This document shows, piece by piece, positions 44,781 to 58,164 of a stretch of 64,000 nt of DNA. Made by a program: the position numbers and the translations under genes. How positions within the stretch are numbered: the stretch's first letter is position 1; the number at the start of each line of letters is the position of its first letter. Where the stretch lies: assembly GCF_009914755.1 (NCBI RefSeq), contig NC_060925.1; one strand, 5' to 3'. The notes under the pieces were generated by a model that worked only from the letters and a program-made list of their open reading frames with translations, had not been told where the DNA came from and searched no databases. Origin of the DNA: the human T2T-CHM13v2.0 reference genome, Homo sapiens.

Positions 44781-46632
44781 CATTTCTCCTTATTTCCTAG
44801 GGGAACTTCTTTATACCTCTTAGAAAAGCACCTAACACATGATATTGCAAAGCATTTAATTATATTCTGCCTCTTTGCCCCGACTGTGAGCTTCAGGGTC
44901 CAGCACAGTGCTTGGCTATTACATAAACATTTGTGGAAGGAATAAATAACTCCTTAGGAACCCAGACTGTGGCTTTGTCCCTCTAGCACCTAGGAGAGCC
45001 TCGTTCATAGAAGAGTCTCAATAAATGATTACAGAAAATAAATAGGGGAAAAGTAACAAAGAACATGAATGAGCTAAACCAATGGTTTGATAAAGCATAT
45101 GTGAATAAATAAATAAGTGGATAGTTATTATTAACAAATCTCCATTGGCGTGCAATTCTCATTCTAACTATATCTGGATCTAATGGCTCTTAAATGAGAT
45201 ATCTAGTTAAACGTCACTGAGATCAAATGGTTCTAGTTGGCTCAAATTCCATGGGTAAAATGCCTAATAATTAAAGCAAGATCATTCAAGAGGAGAAAGA
45301 GTGTTGCTAGCAAAATTTTCAAAGTGAACGTCTGCAGAGTAGACAGTTTTTGTATCGCCACCTACAAAAACAAAAGCAAATGAATGAAGGGAATGAAGTG
45401 AAGCAAATCCGTCAAAGCTCTAAGGACATGAAAAGGAGGGATGAAATTAAGGAAATTTAATGTTGAAACTCAAAAGGGTTACTTGCTGGACCTAGAGAGT
45501 AGGTTGAGCCTGCTTCCCAGGGAAATTCTCTTTCCAAAAACAGCCAAAGTCTACCCAGTGGCCACAGGGCCAGGATCTGGGAAGTCCAGACAGATAGAGC
45601 AGGCATCCTATTCTTCTGCAGGTGGAGGGAGATGCCTAGGCTCAAAGGTAGATGCCAGAGCCCCGGGGTGGGTGCATGCTGGACAGCATCTTCCTTAGAG
45701 AATTTCTGGGACTATTTCTTCTTGGACTGTGTCCCAGGGATCAAGGAACTCCCACACTTTGGCCAGGAGGACTAGGCAGAAGCCCTAGAAGAATGCGCTT
45801 CCCACCACCTCATCTCCTATATTAAAATGGTATGCATCCTTCTCGACCTGTCTCAAGTGCAGCCTCTGCCTTGAGGCCTTGGTCTCCTGCCCCAGGACAG
45901 TGTCCTCCTCTGAGCCCTGGAAGGTGCTCTCCTTTCTCTTCCTACTTTGAATGTTTGGTGGAGTTTATTAGCACACAGTTTTGTGGGGACTGGGCCTGGG
46001 AGTGTGGGGACATAGAGAATGGGCAGGCAGAGCCCATCCAGGGTGATCCGAGTGAAATAGATAAAAAAAGAAAATCAATATACAGTGGCCAGGGCAAGGA
46101 AGAGAGACTGGGAACCACTGGCCAAAACTAACCCACAGAGTCACAGCCAAGGAAATTGGAGGGGCAGAGGTTTGTTCCAGGATCTACACAGAAATCCCAC
46201 GGGTGGAAAGGAGCTTTGGATGACCCCCGCATCATACACCCCCCACACACACTCCTGAGGCTGGCACTTCCACTGGCCCCCAAGACAAGAGTGGCTTCAA
46301 TTCTGAGTGCAGGTCAGACTCTGTCTGCCTTCCCTGTTGTAGGAAGAATTTGCCCCTTGGGGAGGGGTAGAGGAAAGAAGGAGAGAAGAAGGCCCAATAG
46401 AACCCTCCAACCACATGGTCCAGAGAGAGCGAGGGGGCACAAGCAGAGATGCCCCTCCCATCTCTGGTAGTTGTCTCCTGAATGCCTTCTCCATACTTAT
46501 GGTCCCTGCCCCCCTACTCTGTGAGCACCCCAGTACAGGGGCTGTGCCTGACTCACTGTGGAGTACCTCTGCTTTCCTAGTCCTGCACAGAGCTCTTAGT
46601 GGTAGCTGAATTGGTAGAATCCTCTTCTGCTT

Positions 46633-46937
<305 letters not shown>

Positions 46938-48208
46938 CTCTTCTGCTTAACAAAGCAGCTAACTGGCCAGTGTGGGGCTAGATCCAGGAACAGAAGTGAT
47001 GCTATCCATAATGTGCTTGCCAAGTGCAGCTCTGGGAAGATAGTTCCAACAAAATCACTGTCCCCTCTTCTAACTTTTGCAAGGACATCCTCCAGTCTCA
47101 CCCAGAGACTCTCCCCACACTAACCTTATCTGAGTTTCCAGGCAATTCCCCTTGAGGCTAGATAGAGTCAGGGCAGCCAGGCTGTGCCTTTCTGCTGGTG
47201 AGATGCCACTGGGCTGGAAAGCTCATATGTTGGCTTCAGTGGGACCACCAAAAATAGGGCCAACGAGGCTCTGAATTGCTGGGGTTGCTCCATCTTACTC
47301 TTTTCCTCTCAAAGCCTCATTCCAGGAGTATTGTACTTATGGTGAGCCAGGCAGCAGTTGCCACGTTTCACCCTCTCAAAGTGTTTTGTAGGTTGGTATA
47401 CTGAGACCCATTTTTCAGATGTGGAAACAGGCTCAGAAAAGCTGGTAAATATCCTAAGATGACACAACTACTGAGAGGTGGCTGGTTTTGAGCCCAAGTG
47501 TCTCTGCTGACTCCCAAGCCTACCCCCTTCCCAGTTCGATGCCATGGTGCAGGCTCGATATCTAATTCCAGAGAAACTGCACAAACTTCCTCTCCTATAG
47601 TCTAGGAGAGGATGTCTGGCTTTCCCTCCTCTCTTTTAATCTGGGGATGGTTCTGGAGAGACTCAGATGGAGAGTGTTGGGTATGAGACAGAGGAAAGAG
47701 GAGACAGATTCTGGATCTAGTGGCTTCTCAGGGGGCTTCACTTTGCTGATTTTCTCAACCAATGGAGAGGTCAGTTCTGTGATGGGCTGGAGATCACTTC
47801 TACTCAGTATAACGTGATCCTGATATCCTTCAGGGACCTACATCCCCATATTGTTAAAAGGGTCTTCTGTATCCCCAGTCCCAGTCCTTTGAAAAAGTCC
47901 TGGGGCTTCATGAGGAAGCTTATCAAAGGTGAGAGTGTTTTCTTAGAACGTGATGGAAAGGAATGGAGCTCCATGATGGTCAGAGCCAAGTGACTGGGTC
48001 AGAGCAGAGCAGAGAAAGAAAACCCACCACCCCCACACTCCAGCAGGGTCAGTGAGAGAAAGTCTGGCTCCTACATTGAACTGGAAATGGAACTGTGTGT
48101 AAGGGGGGACAGGTGTGTACATGTGCTTAAGGTGGTCTGGGGGTGAGGGATGACTTGGTGATGTGAATTTGGCAGTGACTTGGAAAGGTATGTGTCAGAG
48201 ACGATTTG

Positions 48209-48211
<3 letters not shown>

Positions 48212-48243
<32 letters not shown>
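48212..48243. repeat. (GT)n microsatellite
   Basis: About 16 uninterrupted GT units. Confidence 0.95.
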
Positions 48244-48247
<4 letters not shown>

Positions 48248-49689
48248 TGGGTGAGGGCTGCACACATGTATGTGTAGTCAGGGTGTAATACCAATTCTTC
48301 TCTGTGGGTTGTAACCCTCAGTCAGTCCAAGCCCAGCTTTTGCTCATGGTCACACACACAAAAATGCAATTAACTTTTAGGGGGAGTAAGTCTAAAATAC
48401 TAGGGAATAGCTCAACATGTCAGAGCTACAGGGTTCAGTGCTCACCACAGTAACAGCTTTTTCCTGTTCAAAACATGTATTGTTGGATTCCCAAAGGCTG
48501 GACCGGGACCAGCAAAACAGGGAGAACTGGCCCACTGATTGCTGCATGTATACTGTTGGCCACTCCAGTGATGGGCACATACTGTTATTTATGTGTGCTC
48601 CCCGCACCTTATCTTTCATGATGTCAGGACAACACTTCCAATTGATTATTTCCTGCCACAGTTTTGGCTTTGAATTGTCCTTTGTTTTATGAATAATATT
48701 CTGAGGAGTTGGCAGGTTTTCTTCTAACATCCTTACTTGGCAAAATAAAAAATGACCAATCCTATGTTTCTCCAATTGTTTGGAAATTTTACTAGTCCAG
48801 AAGCCCTAATTTGTTGCTATCCCGTTTAGGGGGAGGGGAAGAGTGTGGAAACTGAGTCAGGGACATTGCATGCCACTCTCCCTTCTGAATCAGTGGGAAC
48901 TTGTTATCTGGTAAGGGAGGTAGTGGATTTTTTTTTTCTCTCAAAGGAATTCCTGTCTTCTTGATAGGTGAAGGGGGTGCCCAGTTGTCCAAATCCATCT
49001 TTGCTAACAGGATCTGTTGTTTTTCTATGCCTTGGCACAGAATGCAAGAGAACATCCTGAAATCTTAATGTATGCTTACAAAAGCAGTATACTCATAAAC
49101 CAGCAGCATCAAATTTTTACAGGAATCCAGGGATCCATAAAGGAGAGGGGCAAGGGAGAGAGCTGATTCTTCCCACACATACGTCCTGAGTCTCCAAGTT
49201 TGTTTATCCATAATTGCTATGCAAGTATAAATTAGAACAACAAATGCATCCATCCTGGCAGTGGTGACACCAACCCTGTAAATAATTATAATGTAATCTT
49301 ATAGCAAAGAGTTCTGAGTGACTCCCCTAATAATTTCCTCTGCTTAATTCCTTCCCCACTGAGTGACTTAATAGGAAAAGGAACTCTTTCAGATTTGTTT
49401 CACTCCAAAAGTTTGGACAACGTGTAGACTCACACCTGGAGGGCAGAAGCTGTAGGAGACCATTTGGCCCATGGATAAACAAGTGAGTCGAAAAGGCCTT
49501 GGGACTGGAAGACAGGGAACTGGCAAGGGTATTCGTCTTGGCACCTGTTTATAGAAGTGAAAACTTGGGAACCACCTAACAAGAGGTCTGATGAGTAAAC
49601 TATGCTACAGTCTTACAAGGGAATGCTACATAGCCCGGAAAACTCATCACAGATATCGCATGTCATAATAGCATGCTGTCATGGCTTGG

Positions 49690-49930
49690 AAGACAGCCTT
49701 TAGTATCAGATTAACCTGGGGTTGAATCCCAGCTCTGCTCCTTACTCGCCGGTGTGATCTCAAGCAGGTAGTATAACCTCTCTGGGCCTCATTTTCCTCT
49801 TCTGTAAAAGGAGGAAAACTATGCTACTTACTTCATATAATTTTTATGAAGATGAAATGAAATTATAGCTCTAAAGAGCTTATAACCTGTCTGGCACATA
49901 TTGGTAGTAAAGGGTCAACAAATGATATTA
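49690..49930 (+). mobile_element. MIR
   Basis: ttgaatcccagctctgctccttactcgccggtgtgatctcaagcagg...ctctctgggcctcattttcctcttctgtaaaa. Confidence 0.75.
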
Positions 49931-51916
49931 TTATCAGACCTTGTATATTTTGGAGGCATCTGTGATGGTACAGGAAAACATTTCATGACACAATAATTAG
50001 CTAAAAATATATAACTACAGATATTTTTAGATCCTAATTTGGTCATATTAAATATATATAAATAGCCAGCTAGCTTGATCTAGGCCAAGAAAAAAGGTCA
50101 AAGGGGAGTACATCAAAATTGTAATAATTTTAATTTTTCCATACCTTTGTAGATTTTCCATGTTTTCTACAAGGAGCATATGCATTACACTTACAGTCAG
50201 TAAACAGGTATTTTACAAAAGAGGCAGAGGTCCAAGGGTCTTCACACTGCGCAGATCATCAGGATTCCAGTTGAGTGAAGACTCACCTTAACCTTCAACC
50301 CAACTCCTAGCTTAAAATCACCAGCTTTTCCTCTTGGACTAGTTTATAGAATGTCATCCTCCACAGAGCAGGTTGTCCTCACTCACCTGTGCTTCTCTCA
50401 GCCCTCTGACCAGGGTAGGAAATGACCTGGCCAGCTTCCTGTGAGAAGCTCATGGTGACACCAGGGTCTTCTGACTCCCATGTCGGCTCACCTTCCACTG
50501 CACCAGGAAACTTGAGTTTTCTGCTTATGCTAGTTCCCAAATCTGAGCCTATACTTGGGAAGAATCCATTCCCCCTTTATCCCTCTTAAATATTTAATAG
50601 TCACACTTGGCTCCTACCATGGGTTTGTCTGATTTTCTTACCTAATAGATAGATAGACAATGAGCTCCTTAAAAAACCATGTCTCACTCAACTGGTGTTC
50701 CTACCGCCATGAAACCTGGCACAGGGAAGGTGTGCAATAAACGTGCCCCATTCCCCTCCTTTTCTCCTCTCCTTCCCATCTTCCTCCTCCCTACTCCCAC
50801 TGACTGCCACGTCTCTGTCTTCTCTGACTCTTGCAGACACCCACTTTCTGCTCCGCTCAGAATCCTCAGTGACACCTCCTCCCACCCCTATGCCCTCCGT
50901 CCATCCACTCCTGGAGCACAGCCCCGCCAGACCTGGCCGGGCCCAGCCCCGCACCCAGGGCCTCCACCAGAACGCTATTCCCACTGCGGCACCCCCTGGT
51001 AGCCAACGCCGTGACTCCTGCCTGACATCAGGAAGTGGAATCCCCACCTTCACCTGACACTATGCAGCAACTAAGGCTCCAACGATGCCCCATCCTTGCT
51101 TGAAGTACACCTGGACATATCCTTCTATTGGCTCCTCATGTGCTAACAAAAGTCCTCCTGATAACACAGCCACAATGAGAATACAAGAGAGTGTTCCAAA
51201 TGCCACAATACCACTTGTGATGCTTCTCACCCAAACAGAAAGCCAGATACTTCCTCAAGCCATCCTCAATTTGAGCACATCCTGCAAGCCCAAGTCTGGG
51301 ATAAGCAACGATGGCTTCAATAACTCATATCCTCCCTAACCCATCAACAACTGAGACTCTCCATGAAGCACACTACAGAAGAGCCTGCACTTTTTTAGCA
51401 AAGCCAGAACAAGAGGGAGAAAGTAAGTCCTACCCTTCAGACACTGGGACATAATGCCTTTCTGATGTATCAGGACCCTTGGAGTGGGAAGAATTAAGAC
51501 TAAAAATGTTCTAGTCTCAGCAATGGTCACTTATGGTTCTAGTCCCTTTTTGGATGCTATGCATATGTCTTCCAGAAATGGAACAATATTTTGAATCATT
51601 TTACTAGACCCTGTCCACATCCTGAGACCAGAACATTTTTAGTCTTAATGCAAGTTATTCAACCAAGACCCATCATAAAAATCTTCAGCAAGAACATGTT
51701 TCAAATCAGATATCAAAATCACTATAAAAATTACCCCAGCTCTAAAAATATGCAGTGCTTTTTCATTAGGATGAGATGAAAGGACTCTAACAGTAGGTAT
51801 AAGGAAGTGGCTAAGAGGCCTCTGGCTGCAGGTCCAGGCACTGAGGAGACTGCAAGCATCCCAGTAATTCACAGTTGCAGAGAATAGGGTAGGAAAGGAA
51901 GGTGATGTTGTGCTTA

Positions 51917-52168
<252 letters not shown>

Positions 52169-53639
52169 TCAAGCCCTAGCACTCACCATGGGCTATACCT
52201 GCAATACATCCTTCTGTCTCCCAAGAGTACAATTCACAGTTTGTGGACATAGATAAAGCAGCAAATGACTTTGTTTGGACAAGTCCATCTGAGAAGCCTA
52301 ACAGAGGAAGTGTCATTAGAGCTGGGTTTTGATGAATGAGTAGGAGTTCACTAGATGGAGAAGAGGGGGAAGGACATTTCAGGGAAGAAGGAACCAAATG
52401 GTCATAAGCAGAGACATATGAACGTGCAAGGCATGTCTAAGATAAACAGCTCTAGATGACTCATCACAGGGTAAAAAAGATGAATAATATAAGATAGTAA
52501 TGGCATGTAGGAGAAGTCACATGGCAGAGAACACTGAGCCAAAAAGATTTGGAGACAGGGGAGTGCATTGGAAAGGAAATGGATTTTAGGGTAAGGAAGG
52601 TCTAGATTTGAATTTAGACTCCACAATTTCCCAGCCACCTGCATAACTTTGGGAAATTTATTTTTTTTAAGGCTCAGTTTGCTTCTCTGTTGTGATAACT
52701 GAATTAGATAGTTAATGTGACAGTAACTAGCATTAGCCAGTGACTGACATGTGGGTAGATGCTAATGCTAGATTCTCCTTTTTCCTTCTACTTCATCTTA
52801 AGGATCAAAGGCAGTGAAGAAATGTGATTAAACTTGCATTTTAGAAAGAACACTAGCTATGGTATAAAGGAGGTCTGAGTCAGGGAAGCGCATGGGATGC
52901 TCTTGGTATCACCAAAGTCACCACAGTCCAGGTGAGGCTGGATGAGATCGAGCTAAGGTCGTGTGGAGGGTGGGAGAGGACTTATTTGAGAGATATTTAG
53001 GAAGCAGAATCTCCAGAATTCAGCAACTAGGAGGTATAAAATCCAGGTTGCTGGTATAAGCATCTGGATGGATGAAAGGTGCTATTTCCTGAGGCAGAAA
53101 ACCCAGGAAGGGAGCTCCTTGTGGTATGGAAGGCAACCAGGAGTTCAGTTTTGGACACGCAGAAGTGGGTATGTCTGTGGGGCCTCCAATGGTGAGATCA
53201 GATTAACAGATATATAGGAGCCATCTGGGCTAGAGATAAAAGTGATCTTGTTTAGCAGCTCTGAACTATTCTTACTAATGTTCTTTACAGGGTCAAGAGA
53301 ATCATGAGCCAACTCATAGCATTTCTCAATGCTAACTTCTAAGTTTCTATGAGTGCAGAAATGTAAGATATACACCTACTCTCCCAGAGTAGGTGCTTAT
53401 GAAGGTTTCCCTCCTATACCCATTAACTGAGCACCTACTGTGGGCCAAATACTGGGTAGGGCCAGCACTACAATGTGAAAAGCTTGATTTCCTCTCTGCC
53501 TTCAAATGCTTCTGAGGGAGGAGGTGGGCAGGCAAGCCAGCAATGGCAACACAGAATAGTTATGATGGGGATGCTCAAGGCGCAGTGATAGCACATAGTT
53601 AGGAAGGGCTTTATGGAAGAGACAGAATTTGTGTTAATA

Positions 53640-54720
<1,081 letters not shown>

Positions 54721-56739
54721 CTGAGCTGGCAGCATACATCAGCTGAGGGTGCCTGCCTGGTAGGCCTCAGGGGAGAGGGTGTTTTAGGCAGAAAAACAGC
54801 AAGGACAGTTCAAGTTGGGGAGTGTGGCATGTTTAGGGACTTATTAGGCAGGACCGTCTGAACTGAAAGGGACATGCAGAGATGACAGAGCTGGGCTGGA
54901 CAGGAAGGCAAGAGCTGGACTGCGAAGGTCCTTGAATGCCGAGTAGAGGAGCTGAGGTTCTGTTCTCCTCCCCTCTTCCTCCTTTGCTACCCTCAACCCA
55001 GCTTCCCAGGCCCCAGAAAGCAGGAAGGGAGGGAAGGTAGGCAAGATTGGCCTTGCTTGGCTTTAAATCCAGTTCAGTGGTGCTGTTGATTTGTTTTATC
55101 AAGTTGCACAGTATTTCTGCCTTGAGTATCTCTCTGGCAGGAGGCTATGATGTCTGACATCTGAGGCAGAGTTTGTCGCCTTCTGATGTAAATAAATTCA
55201 CCATGAACATTACCAGGGAGATAAGCCACAGGAGCCAGCCAACAAGTGGGAGATTTGCCAATATTGTTCCGAGCAAGCACCGGGCCCACTGGTCCCCAAC
55301 AGTCCTGTCACTGGCCCTCACTACACCAGGTGGAACTGTCTTCGCCCTGGGCACAATGGCTGAGTCTTGACTGTACTGGGGAAAGGGATCATGGTGAAGA
55401 AAGGGACATTTAGCCCGAACCTTCAAAAAAGCACAGGAGTGTGCTGGAAGGGGAAGAAATAGAGGGGTTCCAGGCAGAGCAAACAGGCCCTCAGAGGCAA
55501 GAAGGCCTGGAAGGGCATGCTGCTTGGGGGAAGGCCTTGACAGCACTGCCGAGGTGTTTGGACTTTCCTCTGCAGGTGCAGGGGAGTCATGGTAGGTGTG
55601 GAGAAGAGGGTTTTCAGCAGGAAGTACAAGTCCAGACCTATTTTAGAAAGATGATTTGGTCCCATAGTAATGGATGAAAGATATGGTTTGGTGGCCAGGG
55701 AAGGTTGCCGGTGGGGAGATCAGAGACAGAGAATGGAGAAGAGGTTTTCCCATCATCAAAGCTGCAACTAGGCAGGGAGGAAAGAGAAGCAGCAGGAAGG
55801 GATTTAGGAGGCAGACTGTGGAGGAATGAGAGGGTGAAGTCTCCAACAGAAAATGGATGGTGAAGGAGAGAGCAGAGACAGGGACGCTAGAGGAGACGCA
55901 GCTCTGCAGGAAGTGACGGCCCTTCCTCCCTGCTCTTCCCCACTCCCATGCTGAGTGTGAGATCCTGGGGAATAAACAGATGGGGATACCTATGGGCCTG
56001 GGATCCCAGAGACTGTGAGGCAGGGAATCAGCAGGACAGAGAGGGAAGCTCCCACCACAGGAGTGGAGAAGGCTGGGGACTGAACAGACATGTATGGAGC
56101 AGGCAGAAGCAAAGATACCTGAAAGAAGAGAAGGTGGGAAGGGAGGGGCACTCAGGTGGAAAGTAAGCAGGGGCCAAAGAGAAACATTAGAGGGGGAGGG
56201 AGTGGCTCAGGAGCAGGCACAGCCACTCTGTGTGGCCAAGTCTCCAATCAGGCCCTTGGTCCACATAGTCTCATTTAATCTGGCCTGCACATCCAGGTGG
56301 ACAACAAAGAATTCCAGAAGAAAAGCAGGTCTTGGGGGAAAGACAATGACTCCAGAGCCTTCTGCCTACTTCCAGTCTTAGAAACCCAACTAGATATTCC
56401 ACATTGCTCTCAAACCCAACCCAACCAAAATCACTCTCATCCTTTCCTCCCAGAAGCCTAGCCTTCTTCCAGACTTTCCCATCTTGGAGGGTCAGCACTA
56501 TTCACCCACTTCCTCATGGCAGAGGCTCAGGGGACATCCTCAACTCCTCCCACACCCCCACATCCAGCCAGGGACTCAGCTGGCAGTCCATCTAGGTGGC
56601 TGTCAATCCTGTCCCCCGCCATCACTGCCATTGCTGTACCCCAAGCCATGTCACACTCCAAGTTAACCACAGCCATGAAGCCCCCTCCTGGTCTCCAAGC
56701 CTCCTTCCTCCTCCAGCCCATCCATTCTTTTGGTTTTTC

Positions 56740-56893
56740 AGTTTTTTAAATTTTATTTTTAATTGACAATAATTGTATGTCCTTATGGAATACACTGTGA
56801 TGTTTTGATATATGTATGTATTGTGGAATGACTAAATCAAGCTAATTAGCATATCAATCAACTCACATACTTTTTTTTTGCATTGAGAACTTT
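56740..56893 (-). mobile_element. Short L1MA 3'-end fragment
   Basis: tttttaattgacaataattgta...gtgatgttttgatatatgtat..attgtggaatgactaaatcaagctaattagcata. Confidence 0.75.
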
Positions 56894-56985
56894 ATCTTGG
56901 AGCACTCCCTTAAAAAATTTATTGTTATAAAATATTTGTACATTTTTATGGGGTATGCGTGTTATTTTTTGACATGCATAGTAGG

Positions 56986-57391
56986 TGATATAGTTTGAAT
57001 GTCCCTCCCAAATCTCATGTTGAAATGTAATCTCCAATACTGGAGGTGGGGCCTGGTGGGAGGTGTGTGGGTCATGGGGATGGATGCCTCATGGCTTGGT
57101 GCTGTCCTTGTGACAGTGAGTGAGTCATCTCGAGAGCTGATTGTTTAAAATTGTGTGGCACCTCTCCCTCACTCCCTCTCTTGCTCTTGCTCTGGTCATG
57201 TGAAGTGCCTGCTCCCACTTCACCTTCCGCCATGAGTAAAAGCTCCCTGAGGCCTCCCCAGAAGCTGAGCAGATGCCAATGCCATGCCTCCTGTACAGCC
57301 TGTGGAACCATGAGTCAATTAAACCTCTTTTCTTGATAAATTACCTAGTCTCAGGCATTTCTCTACAGCAATACAAGAAAAGCCTAACACA
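56986..57391 (+). mobile_element. MSTB-like solo LTR
   Basis: tgatatagtttgaat...cctaacaca with 5-bp TSD gtagg (56981-56985, 57392-57396). Confidence 0.92.
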
Positions 57392-57575
57392 GTAGGTGTA
57401 ATGATCCATTCAGGGTATTTAGGGCATCCATCACCTCAAGAGTTTATCACTTTTATGTGTTGGGAACATTTCAAGTTCTCTCTCCTAGCTATTTTGAAAT
57501 ATACATTGTTGTTTTAACTATAGTCACCATAGTCTGCTATTGAACATTAGAATTTATTCGTCCTTCTACCTAACT

Positions 57576-57781
57576 CAGGGGTCCCCAACCCCTAGGCCAT
57601 GGACCGGGACCTGTTAGAACCTGGGCTGCACAGCAGGAGGTGAGTGTTGAGCAAGTTATCTAATGCCTGATGATCTGAGGTGGAACAGTTTCATCCTGAA
57701 ACCATCCCCCACCTCCTGTCCATGGAAACATTGTCTTCCATGAAATTGGTTCCTGGTGCCAAAAAAGGTTGGGGACCACTG
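57576..57781. mobile_element. MER1B-like hAT transposon, internally deleted
   Basis: TIRs caggggtccccaacc / ggttggggaccactg with perfect 8-bp TSD acctaact (57568-57575, 57782-57789). Confidence 0.92.
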
Positions 57782-58034
57782 ACCTAACTGTGTATTTGTA
57801 CCTGTTAACCAACCTCTCTTCATGCCCTACATCCTCCAATCCTGGACACACACAGCCTTCCCAGCCTCTGGTAACTATCAATCATTCTACTGTCAACCTC
57901 TATGAGATCCACTTTTTCAACTCCTCGTATGAGTGTTAGGTGATATTTGTCTTTCTCTGCCTGGTTTATTTTACTTAGCATAATGACCTCCAGTTCCACC
58001 CATGTTCCTGCAGATGACAGGATTTCACTCTTCT

Positions 58035-58164
58035 AAAAAAAAAAAATAGAGATGGAGTTGTGCTGGACATTGCCCAGGCTGGACTTGAACTCCTGGGCTC
58101 AAGAGATCCCTTGCCTCAGCCTCCCAAGTAACTGGGACTATGGGCGCATGCCACTGCACCTAGC
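58035..58164 (-). mobile_element. FLAM monomer
   Basis: tagagatgg...ttgcccaggctggacttgaactcctgggctcaag...ccactgcacctagc; single arm. Confidence 0.85.

Noticed and set aside
52181-52203. Minus-strand ATG|GTGAGT donor and possible 12-nt microexon just upstream of the exon
   Set aside because: It would leave a 61-nt intron, below the usual human minimum, and the upstream AG lacks a pyrimidine tract.
56113-56150. Possible recursive splice site (pyrimidine tract + CAG|GTATCT on minus strand)
   Set aside because: The regenerated donor is weak and the context looks like L2-derived purine-rich sequence.
58035-58046. A12 run where the antisense FLAM should have a T-run
   Set aside because: Explainable by slippage in an old tail; no further evidence of inversion.
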